A stretch of DNA of 64,000 nt from an uncultured delta proteobacterium (GCA_963745035.1 CAVUVW010000027.1:288001-352000); one strand, 5' to 3'. Positions 45,396-57,048 are shown, numbered from the stretch's first letter. The notes: generated from the sequence alone by a model not told the origin. Program-made: numbers and translations.

Positions 45396-46685
45396 TTGGA
45401 ATCACGCAATCCCTCGACAGCTCCGGTGCATCTGCCTCCGATCAGCAAGAAAGTTGCCTTCGCGGCGTTGAAACATCCGAGCTTCGGCTGGTTTTTTGTC
45501 ACGACGATGCTGGCGATGATGGCGGACAACATCGAGCACGTGATCAGCTACTGGATATTGTTTCAGAAGTTTCAATCCCCGGTGCTTGCCGGCTTTGCCG
45601 TGATCAGCCACTGGACTCCGTTTCTCTTGCTCTCGGTTTATTTCGGCGGCCTGGCGGACCGCTATGACTGCCGCAAACTCATTCAAATCGCTCAGGTGAT
45701 GTATATGGCGGTGTCGGTGGCGTGGGCGGTGTTGTTCTTGACCGATGCCATCGAAGTCTGGCACGCGTGCGTCTTACTTATTATTCACGGCGTCGCCGGC
45801 GTGTTTTGGACGCCGGCCGAGCAATTGATCGTCCATGACATCGTCGGCTCGGAGGATTTGGCGAGCGCCGTGCGGCTCAACGCCACCAGCCGCCAGCTCG
45901 GGATTCTTTTCGGTCCGGCTGTCGGCGGCGGCTTGATGTTGTGGTTCGGCGCGCCGACGGGACTGTTCGTCAATGCCCTGATTTATGCGCCGCTGACGAT
46001 CTGGCTCATGCTCGTCCCTTATACAGGCCACACCCGTGAAGGCATGCCGCCGCGGCGCACGCTCCGTTGGCGCGACGCTTTCGACGTGCTTCGCGACATC
46101 GCCGATAACCGGCCGATCTTGACCATGATCACGCTCGGCGGTGCGGCTTCGCTCTTCGTCGGCAATGCATTTCATGCCAACATGCCGGAGTTTGCTCACG
46201 ACCTCGGCACCGAGAAAGCCGACTTCGCTTACAGCGCGCTGCTCGCGGCCAATGCGGCGGGATCGGTGTTCGGCGGGTTCGTGCTCGACGTCAAGGCGTG
46301 GGTGCCGCCCACGGTGCGCTCGGCCATCACCTGCGCGATTCTCTGGTGCGTCATCATGACCGTTTTTGCTTTCTCCAACAGCTACCCATTGTCTCTCATA
46401 CTTTTATTCGTCGCAGGAGCTTTGAACCTGGCATTTTATTCGATTGCGCAGACGATCGTGCAACTGGAGGCGCCGGTGAATCTGCGTGGGCGCCTCATTG
46501 GCTTGTTTTCCATGTCAGCCTATGGACTGCGCGCCTTTAGTGGCCTGACCGTCGGCGTGGTCGGCGGCCTCATCGGCATTCACTGGTCTCTGGCGTTGAG
46601 CTCGATGATTTTGCTCGCCGTCACCATCGTCTTATTTGCCTTCACCTCGCAAACCCGGAGCGGAGAAGAGTTGGAAAGAAATTAG
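45396..46685 (+). CDS. MFS transporter, tandem paralog 1 (start approximate)
   Basis: FAALKH, MMADNIEHVISYW, GGLADRYDCRK, LRGRLIGLF. Confidence 0.87.
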   Translation: MESRNPSTAPVHLPPISKKVAFAALKHPSFGWFFVTTMLAMMADNIEHVISYWILFQKFQSPVLAGFAVISHWTPFLLLSVYFGGLADRYDCRKLIQIAQVMYMAVSVAWAVLFLTDAIEVWHACVLLIIHGVAGVFWTPAEQLIVHDIVGSEDLASAVRLNATSRQLGILFGPAVGGGLMLWFGAPTGLFVNALIYAPLTIWLMLVPYTGHTREGMPPRRTLRWRDAFDVLRDIADNRPILTMITLGGAASLFVGNAFHANMPEFAHDLGTEKADFAYSALLAANAAGSVFGGFVLDVKAWVPPTVRSAITCAILWCVIMTVFAFSNSYPLSLILLFVAGALNLAFYSIAQTIVQLEAPVNLRGRLIGLFSMSAYGLRAFSGLTVGVVGGLIGIHWSLALSSMILLAVTIVLFAFTSQTRSGEELERN

Positions 46686-46790
46686 CGCGCTGTGGCTGCA
46701 AGGCGCGAGGCGTGATTGCCCGCTGGTTTGCGTCGCTTTTCAAGATTCGTTACTGTCGCTGATTAATCCCCAATGCGTTCGGAATAAATA

Positions 46791-48072
46791 TTGGCTTCCA
46801 GCGGTACGCAATCACATGCGGCATCTGTCGCAAGCAAGAAAGTCGCTTTTGCGGCGCTCCATCACAAGGATTTTCGTCTGTACTTCGTCGGCACCATGCT
46901 GGCGATGATGGCGGACAATATCGAACATGTGATCAGCTACTGGCTGCTCTATCAAAAATTTCAATCGCCGACTCTTGCCGGATTCGCCGTGCTGTCGCAC
47001 TGGACGCCGTTTCTTGCTGTTCTCCGTTTATTTCGGCGCGCTGGCGGACCGCTTCGACTGCCGCAAGGTCATCCAAGTCGCGCAAATCATGTACATGGGC
47101 GTGTCGGCGGCGTGGGCCTACTTGTTTTATACGGATACCATCGAAGTCTGGCATGCGTGCGTACTGCTCGTGGTTCACGGCATGGCCGGAGTGCTCTGGG
47201 GACCCGGGAGCCAACTGTTGATCCATGACATCGTCGGGACGGAACATCTTCAAAGCGCGGTGCGGCTCAATTCGACGAGCCGCCAGCTCGGGATTCTCTT
47301 CGGTCCGGCTGTCGGCGGCGGCATGATGCTTTTGCTCAGTCCATCGGCGGGCCTGCTGGTCAATACCTTGATTTATTTGCCGCTTACCATTTGGCTGCTG
47401 ACCGTGCCGTACACGGGGCATAGCCGCGAGGGTGCGCCGCCGGCGCGGCGGGCGCTCGGTTGGCGCGATGCAGTTGACGTCATCCGCGAAGTGTCCGGTA
47501 ACCGGCCGATCATCACCATGGTTGCGCTTGCCGGCTGCGTGTCATTTTTCGTCGGCACGGCGTTTCAAGCGACGATGCCCGAGTTCGCGCACGATCTGGG
47601 CACGGAGCAGGCGGACTTCGCATACAGCGCGCTACTGGCTGCCAACGCGGCGGGCGCGGTTTTCGGCGGCTTTCTTTTGGAGGGCCGCGGTTGGTTGCCG
47701 CCGCGGGTCAGCACGGCGATGGTCAGTGCGATTCTCTGGTGTTTGGCGATCGCCGCCTTTGCGGTTTCCACCAGCTACTATTTGTCTCTGGCGCTGCTTT
47801 TTCTTGCCGGCGTGTTGAACCTGACCTTTTCTTCGATGGGACAGACGATCGTGCAGCTTCTCTCACCGCCGCCGCTGCGCGGGCGTTTGATCGGATTGTT
47901 CTCCATGGCGAGCATGGGCCTCAAAGCCTTCAGCGGCGTCACCGTGGGCGTGCTTGGCGGTCTGATCGGCGTGCACTGGTCGCTGGCTGCCAGCGCGCTG
48001 GTGTTGCTCGCCGTCACGGTTGTTCTGTTCGCCTTCGCCATACCCGGTGAGAGGCGTGGGGAGTTCGGTTAG
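46791..48072 (+). CDS. MFS transporter, tandem paralog 2 (frameshift near 47010)
   Basis: Same motifs as paralog 1, split over two frames. Confidence 0.85.
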
Positions 48073-48118
48073 CGCGCCAGAGCTTCCTCCGATAACTTAC
48101 GTTCCACATCGATTCTTA

Positions 48119-49409
48119 ATGACTCTAAATCCAAGTCCGGTGAAGATCGATACGGCGCCGAAGCGGGAAAGAAACCTCGCGTTCGCGGCGCTGCACCATC
48201 GGGACTATCGCCGCTATTTTTTCGTCCATTTCTTCTCCACTATGGGCGACAATATCGAGCACGTCATCAGCTACTGGCTGCTGTTTCAGAAATTTCATTC
48301 GCCCGTGCTCGGCGGCTTTGCCGTCATCAGCCACTGGACGCCGTTCCTGTTTTTCGCCGTATATTTCGGTGCGCTCGCCGATCGGCACGATTGCCGCCGC
48401 ATCATCCAAGCTTCGCAGTTGCTCTACGCCTCCGTCTCGCTGACCTGGGGTATTCTGTTTCTCACGGACACGATCGAAATCTGGCACGCGTGCGTCTTGC
48501 TCGTCGTTGCACGGCATGGCGGGAGTGCTGGGCGGGCCGGGAGGCCAGCTGATCATCCACGACATCGTCGGCCGCGAGTATCTGCAGAGCGCGGTGCGGC
48601 TCAATTCCACGAGCCGGCATCTCGGAGTGCTCTTCGGTCCGGCAGTTGGCGGCGCGACCATGCTTCTATTCGGGGCGCCGGCGGGGCTCTTTCTCAATAC
48701 GCTGATGTTCCTGCCGGCGGTGATCTATATGTTCTTCTTGCCGTACACCGGTCATGGACGCGACGAGGGGATGAGCGCACGCGCGCCACGCCTGACGTTT
48801 CGAGGCGCGCTCCAACTCATGCGCGAGACATCGGCCAATCCGACGATTCTTTCCATGATCCTGCTCGGCGGTGCGACTTCGCTGCTGGTCGGAAATGCCT
48901 TTCAAGCGCAGATGCCCGAGTTCGCCCACGACTATGGGCATGACCAGCAAGACGTCGCGTACAGCATGCTGCTCGGCGCCAACGCCGCGGGCGCCGTCGT
49001 CGGGGGTTTGCTCCTCGAAGGCGGAGGATTGCTGAAAGCCAATCCGCGCAATGCGGCGATTTGCTCGATCCTGTGGTGCCTGCTCATCATCGCCTTCGCC
49101 GCATCGACAAGCTATCCGTTATCAGTCGCGCTGCTCTTCGGCGCGGGACTGCTCAATCTCGCTTTCTTGTCGATGGCGCAGACGTTGGTGCAGTTGCAAG
49201 CGCCGTCGCAGCTGCGCGGCCGGCTGATCGGCTTGTTCAATATGTCGAACAATGGTCTCAAGGCGTTCAGCGGCGTGACCGTCGGCGTCGTCGGCGGTCT
49301 GATCGGGATTCACTGGTCGCTGGCGTTGAGCGCGATGATCCTGCTCGCGGTCACGGTAGCGCTGTTTGCGTTCGTGATACCGGGGCGGAGGGAAAGCACC
49401 GCCAGCTAG
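48119..49409 (+). CDS. MFS transporter, tandem paralog 3 (frameshift near 48508)
   Basis: MGDNIEHVISYW, GALADRHDCRR, LRGRLIGLF. Confidence 0.85.
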
Positions 49410-49542
49410 AAGATGTGCGAAGCTGAAATTGGCGAAGCAAGGACGCGAAACAGATCGTTCACCACGAAGTGATTCATGAGCTACGCTCGTCACGGAGAAT
49501 GAAAATGCGGGGGGTTTTCCTCGGTATGTTTTTTTCACGATT

Positions 49543-49570
49543 CGTCATTCCCGCGTCCGCGGGTATGACG
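49543..49570. repeat. CGTC-family REP palindrome
   Basis: CGTCATTCCCGCG-TC-CGCGGGTATGACG. Confidence 0.7.
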
Positions 49571-49789
49571 GAAAGCTGCGGTTCCTTAGCATATTCGCGG
49601 TTCTTCACTCTATGGATCATCACGCACGATGTTTCCGAAGGAGAACGTGAAGGACACGAGAGAGTTTGAATTCAGTTTCGAAACTTCGCGTTCTTCGTGT
49701 GCTTCGTGGTTGATGGAATGGTCCGTAGGATTGTCGTTGCGTGAATTGCCGGTTCTTCCGACTGGCAGGCATTGTGCGCGTGGCGCGAA

Positions 49790-50768
49790 TCAACCCGCCG
49801 CGTGACGCTGCATCGCGTCTTTGTCCTTGCCGCGGCGAAATTCATTTTGCTTCAGAGAGTTGTAGCTTTGGAGCAATTGATTTTGTTCCGCCTCGCGAGA
49901 TGCCGAGCTGCGGCCGGCGCACTTTGGCCGTCTCGATCAATCCTTCATGCTGCAAAACCACTTTGATGCGCGCGACAGCTTCGACGATGGGTTCGCTGAA
50001 GACCAATTCTTTGACGGATTCCAACTCCCGCTGAATTTCAGCGGCTCGCTCGAAATCTCCGGAGCGGCCGGCCAGGTCTAACGCGCCCCATTTCTCCGTC
50101 GCGACGTTGGCGACGCCGATGAGCGCGCCGTCGGCGCCCATCTTGTAGCTTTCGGCGACGAAGCGGTCGTTGCCCGTCAAGACACGCATTTCGGCTTGGT
50201 CGCGCTCGAGCGCCTGGACCGTGTCGCGAAAAAGATTGATGTCGAAGGACGCTTCCTTGAAGGCGGCGACGTTCTCGAGCCGGGCGATGCGGCAGATGGT
50301 TGCGGGATCGTAGTAGTAGCTTTTGACCGGGATTTGAAACAACACTATGGGCAGCTTGGTTTCTTGCGCCAAATCCTCGAAGAAGCGTACCTTGAGATTG
50401 GGGTCGACCTGGCCCCACGCAAACAGCAAGGGCGGAAAGATCATCACGCCGTCGACCGGAATATTCTCAAGATCGCGCATCAGGCTGACGGCTTCGTCGG
50501 TCGATTGGGGCGCGATGGTGGCGATGTGAACCTTGCCGGCCTCGCGAGCTACCTTGCCGGAAATCTCGTACACGCGGCGCTTTTCTTCCAGGCTGAGGAC
50601 CGGGCTTTCACCGATGCGCGCGCAGGAGACCAGACCGGCGACACCGGGCAGGGATGCGAAGTGAGCGGTCAGACGCCGCAGACTTTCGACATCGACGGCG
50701 CCGGATTCATCAAATGGCGTCACATGAGGGATGAAAAGACCGCTGAAACGTTCGTGCAGCGTGGGCAT
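49790..50768 (-). CDS. Dihydrodipicolinate synthase / class I aldolase family (probable C-terminal frameshift near 49895)
   Basis: VTPFDESGAVD, GE..LSLEEK, Schiff-base Lys in AFKEAS, GADGALIG. Confidence 0.82.
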
Positions 50769-50886
50769 GAGTCCTCCGGTTACGTGGTTGAAAAGGGCGC
50801 AGGCATAAGTAGAACAGATTGAATTGACAGGTCAAGCCAGTGGACGAGTCAGGTGGTTTCCTTGCTGAGCTGAGTCGGAGAACATA

Positions 50887-52449
50887 ATGAACGTCGTCAT
50901 TTCAGGTGAAGAACTCGCGCGCCTCATGGCGTCCGATAAGCTTTACGCGGTCTTCGACGTGCGCGAGCGCGGCGAGTACAACGAATGTCAAATTCCCGGC
51001 ACCACTTCGCTGCCGCGGAGCCAAATCGAATTTCGCGTCGCTGAACTGGTGCCCGACACCAGCGTTCCGGTGGTCGTCTACGATGAAGGCGGTGCGCGCG
51101 CGCCGTTGGCCGCGACCACGTTGCTGCGCCTAGACTATGAAAACGTTTCGATACTCGACGGCGGCCTGGGCGCATGGCAAGGCGAAGGTCGGGCGACGGT
51201 GAGCGGCGTAAATGTGCCGAGCAAAGCTTTTGGCGAGCTAGTGCATCATGAGCGCGATATTCCCGACCTAACGGCGGAAGAACTCAAGACGCTCAGCGAC
51301 CGCGCGGCGGAGCTCGTCATTCTCGATGTCCGCACGCCGGAGGAGTACGGCAGGTTTTGCATTCCCGGCGGTATGAACGTGCCGGGCGGGGACCTCATTC
51401 TTTGGGCCGAAGAATTGAAGCAGCGCAAGGATACAAGCATCGTCGTCAACTGCGCCGGCCGCACGCGCAGCATCATCGGCGCGGCTGCGCTGCGCCGCTT
51501 GGGATTGACCAATGTCCGCGCGCTTCGAAACGGTACCATGGGCTGGGTACTGGCCGGCTTCGAACTGGAACAAAAGCCCAAAAGAAGCATGCCGGCGGCG
51601 CCCGGTGCGCGTGGTGGAGCTGCGATGGCGCTCGCCCGGCGCATAGCGGAGGAAGAAAAAATCTCGTGGCTTTCCTCTGAAAGTTTGGCGCATGTGGCTG
51701 AAACTAAAAGTATGAATTACGTCATCGACGTTCGTTCCGAACCCGAGTATGCCGCTGGGCACATCCCCGGATCGATTCATGTTCCTGGCGGCCAGGCGGT
51801 CCAGCGCGCCGATGATTTTATCGTGGTGAGAAACGCGCCGATTGTTTTCATCAGCAATGAAGGCGCGCGGGCGGTGATGGCTGCCTATTGGTACAAGGGA
51901 ATGGGTTTCGCGGACGTTGCCGTTTTAGATGGTGGCGTGCGCGCCTGGCGGGAGAATGGTGAGCGGATGGAGGTCGGAGCGCGCGAAGCTCAACCTGCCG
52001 GATTTGAAGCCGCGCGTCGGCAGGTCCGGGCTATCGACGCCCGCACCCTCAGCGAAAAAATGCGCGATGCATCGCCTCTGCTTCTCGACGTGGGATCAAG
52101 CCTCGACTTCGAATCCGCCCATTTGCCCGGCGCTCGATGGATCTCGCGCGGCTGGCTCGATCTCAAATTACCGGAAGTTTGCGCCGATCGAACGCAGCCG
52201 ATCCTGGTGACTTGCCCGGACGGACGGCAATCGACACTCGCGGCGAAGACACTTGGAGAACTGGGGTACACGGATGTCTCAGTTCTAGATGGTGGAACGC
52301 GCGCCTGGTCTGCGGCGGGATTTTCTACCGAGCAAGGCGTGGACGGCTGTTTGGTCGCGCGGAACGACGTGGTTTTGTCGCCTTCGATCCGCGGCACGAA
52401 GGAAGACATGCAGCGCTATTTGGACTGGGAATTGACGCTGCACAAGTAA
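50887..52449 (+). CDS. Four-domain rhodanese / sulfurtransferase
   Basis: Four DVR/DVG repeats, SGVNVPSKAFGE, active-site VNCAGRTRS, MQRYLDWE C-terminus. Confidence 0.88.
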   Translation: MNVVISGEELARLMASDKLYAVFDVRERGEYNECQIPGTTSLPRSQIEFRVAELVPDTSVPVVVYDEGGARAPLAATTLLRLDYENVSILDGGLGAWQGEGRATVSGVNVPSKAFGELVHHERDIPDLTAEELKTLSDRAAELVILDVRTPEEYGRFCIPGGMNVPGGDLILWAEELKQRKDTSIVVNCAGRTRSIIGAAALRRLGLTNVRALRNGTMGWVLAGFELEQKPKRSMPAAPGARGGAAMALARRIAEEEKISWLSSESLAHVAETKSMNYVIDVRSEPEYAAGHIPGSIHVPGGQAVQRADDFIVVRNAPIVFISNEGARAVMAAYWYKGMGFADVAVLDGGVRAWRENGERMEVGAREAQPAGFEAARRQVRAIDARTLSEKMRDASPLLLDVGSSLDFESAHLPGARWISRGWLDLKLPEVCADRTQPILVTCPDGRQSTLAAKTLGELGYTDVSVLDGGTRAWSAAGFSTEQGVDGCLVARNDVVLSPSIRGTKEDMQRYLDWELTLHK

Positions 52450-52568
52450 TTGTTGTTATCTGAGGCCATCGCGCAGTGGAAAACAGCCCTCACCTCTGTC
52501 CTCTCCCAGAGGGCGAGGAAGTAAGAGAGAAGTAAAGGCGACTACCAAAGTAAGTTAGCAGCTAACGC

Positions 52569-53135
52569 TCAACAGTTGTCGTACTTGGGGCTGGCAAAAG
52601 TCTTCACGGTTCTGGCGGCGGTGTCAAAGCGTAGGCGCGGCATGTCGGTGAGATCTTTGCCGTAAACGTGAATTTCCACTGTGTCGCGATCGGTGACGTT
52701 GTTCATTTCATGGATGTCATCGTTCGGCGCGACCAGGCAAGAAACCATTCCTGCTTTGTTCTTCAGCACGCCGATTGTTTCGAGATCGGCGTAGCCCTCT
52801 TTCGTGCCGTCGTCGCGGCGCCGGAAACGGGTTTCCTGGATCTCATTCTCGACAACGCCGACCATACCCCAGGTGTCGTGGTTGTGCGCTTTCGCGTTGT
52901 CGCCGGGACCCCAGACCACCGAAGAGATATTGAACAGCGGCGCGCGGTGCAGCATGTAGCGGCCGTAAGCGTTAGTCCCGCGCCTTCGGTATTTCGCGTC
53001 GATGCAGCCGGGTTGCCGGATGAGCTTGGCGAGCAGAGGCTTCGCCGCGGCGACGATTTTCTCCTGGGATGTTTCGCTTCGCGTGATCCGATCGAGATCG
53101 TCGATAAAATCTTGCAATGAGTAGTCAACGGCCAT
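52569..53135 (-). CDS. Cysteine dioxygenase family thiol dioxygenase
   Basis: VWGPGD..HNHDTWG, DIHEM.N, EIHVYG. Confidence 0.85.
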   Translation of the reverse strand: MAVDYSLQDFIDDLDRITRSETSQEKIVAAAKPLLAKLIRQPGCIDAKYRRRGTNAYGRYMLHRAPLFNISSVVWGPGDNAKAHNHDTWGMVGVVENEIQETRFRRRDDGTKEGYADLETIGVLKNKAGMVSCLVAPNDDIHEMNNVTDRDTVEIHVYGKDLTDMPRLRFDTAARTVKTFASPKYDNC

Positions 53136-53200
53136 TTCGAATTTCTTACCACGAAGATTCATGAGCTTATACTGGCCCACAGATGTTGAAAACGTCCGGA

Positions 53201-53272
53201 TAGATTCCTCACATCCGTTCGGAATGACAACACTACTAGACGCCTGTCATTCGAACGAAGTGAAAAATCTTT
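53201..53272. repeat. REP-like element pair (AGATTCCTCA..GGAATGACA / TGTCATTCG..AATCT)
   Basis: Same family as 30558-30648. Confidence 0.6.
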
Positions 53273-53308
53273 CTTACTGTCATTTTCCAGGAGACGCGGT
53301 GGTCAAAA

Positions 53309-53338
53309 GTAGGGGCGGGTTTGAAACCCGCCCCTACA
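53309..53338. repeat. GTAG-family REP palindrome, copy 2
   Basis: Identical 30-mer to 33660-33689. Confidence 0.85.
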
Positions 53339-53365
53339 ATTTCCTTCTGCTCTGCGATGAAAGTC

Positions 53366-54419
53366 TTACGCAGCTTGTTTTTGCACCCGCGGCAACTTTG
53401 AGGCGTCAATATTGTAGAGTCTCGACACGTTATCGCAGACCACCTTGCGCTGCGTTTCGGGTGGAAGGTGGCCGAGGTCGCGCTGAATGATTTTCAGCGA
53501 GTTGGGCCAGGTCGAGTTCGGATGCGGGAAATCGTTCGACCACATGATGTTGTCTTCGCCCCAGTATCTGAGATTCTCGCCGCAGACATGGTCGTTGAAA
53601 AAGCAGGCGTAGATCTGGTCTTTGACGAAGCTGCTCGGATTGCGCGTAATCGGCGGCGGGATTTTGTTTCTTGAAGCGATTGTAATAGTAGTCCCACTGC
53701 TGAAACATCCAGGGCATCCAGCCGCTTTCATTCTCCACCGACACGATTTTGAGCTTCGGGTATTTTTCCAGAATGCCGTAATGAATGATCTCGAAAAGCG
53801 CGTTGGCGATATCCATCAATTTGAGATTGACGCTGCCGCGATAGCGCTCCACGCCTTTGCGGTTCTTGTCTTTGTTGTAGCTGTGGCCGGTTAGAATATG
53901 CAGGCTCACTGGAGTGTCGAGATCCTGGCAAGCCGCCCAGAACTTGTCGTAGTGGTTCGAGCGGAAGGGCAGGTCAGCGTGAGGCGCCTGCCAGATGATC
54001 GCGCCTTTGAGTCCGGCTTTATGACAACGCTCCAATTCCTTGACGCCGTTGTCGATGTTGTAGACCGGAATGGCCGGTATGCCGATCAAGCGGTCGGTGT
54101 TGACGCTGCAGTAGTCGATCAGCCAGTCGTTGTAGGCGCGAAAGCAAGCTTCCTGAAGTCCGGCGTCGTCGATGGCGAAAAGATCGAGGCCCAAGGTCGG
54201 ATAGAGGACTTCCGCGCTGAGGCCGTCGGCTTCCATCTCTTTCATTCTCGCGTTCGGGTCCCAGCCGCCGGCGTGCTGCTGGAAGCCTTCGCCGACCTGA
54301 TGCGGCGGAAAGACCGGCGCCACGTCCCGGTATTTCTCCGCCACGCCTTTTTTCCAAAGATCCACGGGCTCCATGACGTGAGAGTCCGATGAAATGATGA
54401 GATCGCTTGCTATGGCCAT
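53366..54419 (-). CDS. Amidohydrolase family 2 protein (frameshift near 53655)
   Basis: ISSDSHVMEP, EVLYPT, AYNDWL, VSLH, MWSNDFPH. Confidence 0.87.
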
Positions 54420-54508
54420 TGGGTTGTCCTCCTATGTGAGGTGATGGTTAGAAACCATGAACTTTCATTCAACTTAGTCGAAGTTCGGCTGTTGTGTCAA
54501 TCCAGACT

Positions 54509-54579
54509 CACCGCAGAGCCGCGGAGTACGCCGAGATGAGATCTTCGAACTCTGCATGAGCTCTGAGTCTCTGCGGTGA
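54509..54579. repeat. Palindromic intergenic element (TCACCGCAGAG..CTCTGCGGTGA)
   Basis: 11-bp terminal inverted arms with internal 9-mer-like subrepeats. Confidence 0.6.
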
Positions 54580-54595
54580 AATGTCTTCTAACTGC

Positions 54596-55237
54596 TCATC
54601 CGGCTTTTCGCCAGACGGAGGCGAGCCAAGGTTGTTGGTCGCGCGGCAGACCGGGCGGACGGTAATAGTGTGTGATTTCCACAAATCCCGCCGTGATGAC
54701 CAGCTCGCGCCAAGTGTCCCAATCGTAGTAGCAGCCATAACGCTGGCCGTTCCAGCCTTCTTCATTCCCGCCGCGCGGGTTCGAGCTAAAGAGCACGCCG
54801 CCGGGCTTTAACGATGCCCACAACTCGCGGAGGACGCGCGGGAGCTCTTGGCCGGGCACGTGAAACAGTGACGCGTTGGCAAATATGCCGTCGAAGAATT
54901 CGTTCGGCAATTTGAGTTCCAGAAAGTCCTGAAGCCAGACCTCGCAGCCGCTGTAGGCGCGGGCCAATTCGACGAATCTTTCCGCGCCCTCGAGTCCGAT
55001 CGCTTCATGGCCCAAGTCGCGAAATATTTTCAGATCGCGGCCGGGGCCGCAGCCGAAGTCGAGTATTCGAAACGGACCCGGACCGCGTAGATGTAGATAT
55101 TGAAGCAGCGCATCCCGATTTTGACTCACATCATGGTCGCGCGTGCCTTCCCAAAAACTATCGGCATGCTCGTTGTAGTGCTCAAGAGTAACCGTCGAAG
55201 TACGGCGAAGATCGTCCGGTGATAGTGGTTTTGACAT
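54596..55237 (-). CDS. Class I SAM-dependent methyltransferase
   Basis: ILDFGCGPGRD, FDGIFANASLFHVP, LKPGG. Confidence 0.88.
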   Translation of the reverse strand: MSKPLSPDDLRRTSTVTLEHYNEHADSFWEGTRDHDVSQNRDALLQYLHLRGPGPFRILDFGCGPGRDLKIFRDLGHEAIGLEGAERFVELARAYSGCEVWLQDFLELKLPNEFFDGIFANASLFHVPGQELPRVLRELWASLKPGGVLFSSNPRGGNEEGWNGQRYGCYYDWDTWRELVITAGFVEITHYYRPPGLPRDQQPWLASVWRKAG

Positions 55238-55357
55238 CGAATGGTCTGCTTTCGCGTCATCATGGCAAGAGCCGCATGCCGATGCAATGAAACCCTTAGT
55301 GAGTTCCTGGAACACAGACGAGAAAAAGGAGAAGGAGACCGGGAGACGAGTGAGAGA

Positions 55358-56354
55358 TTAGCGGTTTTTCGGCATCACATCAGGGTTGAGGAGTTTCACC
55401 GGCTTGCCGTCGATGAAATCCAAAAGATTGTGGATCGCTTCGTCGTAGCGCTTGCTCAGGATCTCCGTCGTAGCGTAGCCGCGGTGCGACATGAGGATCG
55501 CGTTGTCGAAGCGGCGCAGGGGATGGTCCATGGGCAGCGGTTCGATGTCGAACACGTCCAAACCGACGCCGCCGAGCTTGCCATTCTTGAGCGCGTTGAT
55601 CATCGCCGCTTCCGAGACGATGGGGCCGCGCGCGGTGTTCACGAGCAGAACGCCGCGCTTCATCAGGGCGAATTCCTTATCGCCGATGATGCCGCGGGTT
55701 TGCGGCGTGGATTGAACATGAACGGTAAGAATGTCCGATTCCCTGAGCAACGTTTCGAAGGGGACGCATTCCGCGCCGACTTCGTCGGCTCTTTCCGGGG
55801 TCAACGAGGGCGAGTAGGCGATCACCCGGCTCTCGCCGAACGCGTTCATAATACGTGCGACTTCTTTGCCGATTCTGCCGAAGCCGAAAACGCCGACGGT
55901 TTTTCCCGCCAGGGTATTGCCCGGGATCGCCGGCCAGATTTCTTCGCGCATGCGCAAATTGACCTGGGGAATCTTACGCAATAGCGCCAGGATCAGCGCG
56001 ATGGTGAGCTCCATGGTCGACATGCCGTTGTCGGCGGGAGTGCCGGCAATCGCGATGCCGCGCCGGGTCGCATTGGCCAGGTCGAGATGCCGGCTGGTGC
56101 GGCCGGTCTGGGCGATGAATTTTAGCTTGGGCAGCCCGGCATATTCCTCTGTCGCTGAAAAAAGTGCGCTCGCGCATCAGCAACAGCGCGTCATATTCGC
56201 CCAGCTCGGCGACGATTTTTTCCGAGCTGTCGAGACGCTTCCGCAGAAGCGTCACGTCGGCGCGCTCTTTGAGCGCCTCATAGGCCGGCACGGTGTCGGC
56301 GATTTTTTCAAAGTCGTCCAGGATGGCGACGCGCAGTTTCTGAGTGCTCATCAT
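55358..56354 (-). CDS. D-2-hydroxyacid dehydrogenase family (frameshift near 56150)
   Basis: VAILDD, MRERT, GFGRIG, VNTARG, LDVFDIEP, SHRGY. Confidence 0.87.
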
Positions 56355-56367
56355 TGATCCCGCGGCA

Positions 56368-57048
56368 TTAGACGTGAGCGGTTACCTCCACTTCGCAAAA
56401 CTTTCCTTCGGAAGAGTAACCGTCAACGAAGCAGTACTCCATTTGCGGTATCTGCGCTTTGACTTGGCGCTGGAACAGGCTTTTTAGGTTCTCGATGGTT
56501 TGGCTGCGGTGTAGATAAAACGACACGCGCGCGACCTTGTCCCACGAGCTACCCGCGTCCGTCAACGAACCGTGAATGCGCGGCAGGATGTTATCCAACT
56601 GCGCCTCGAGGGTCGGCAGCACGGTGGTCACACCGGAAAGCACGACGACGTTTTCGTATGTGAGAAAACGGATCGGCACGATGGGTGGATCATATTCGAC
56701 GATGCGCTTCGCGATGCCCGCCTGAGCCGGGCGCATCGCGATCAGATCGACAGCGACCTTCGCCGACGAATCGAAATGGCCCGGCGCGATATAGCTCGAG
56801 CTCGCCGAGCGCGCTTTGCCCGACAAAATCTTCACGCGTTCATTGCTACCGAGATCGCGGCTTTGCCGGTCGCGTCCCCAGAGCCGGCTCCGCACGGTGT
56901 TCTCCAGAGACAAGCCGTGCGCGCGTAGTTCCTCGTCGAAGCGGCCGAAGAGCTCCTGAGCTTCGACCGTCGCATTTGCCGCGGGCCTGGCCTCGCCGCT
57001 GAGCTCGATGAATTCCTTTTCGAACCAAGTGAAGATGCGCTTGCGCAT
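56368..57048 (-). CDS. RidA/YjgF-like two-domain protein
   Basis: Two RidA-like repeats (GLSLENTVRSRLW; GSSWDKVARVSFY; CEVEVTA). Confidence 0.6.
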   Translation of the reverse strand: MRKRIFTWFEKEFIELSGEARPAANATVEAQELFGRFDEELRAHGLSLENTVRSRLWGRDRQSRDLGSNERVKILSGKARSASSSYIAPGHFDSSAKVAVDLIAMRPAQAGIAKRIVEYDPPIVPIRFLTYENVVVLSGVTTVLPTLEAQLDNILPRIHGSLTDAGSSWDKVARVSFYLHRSQTIENLKSLFQRQVKAQIPQMEYCFVDGYSSEGKFCEVEVTAHV

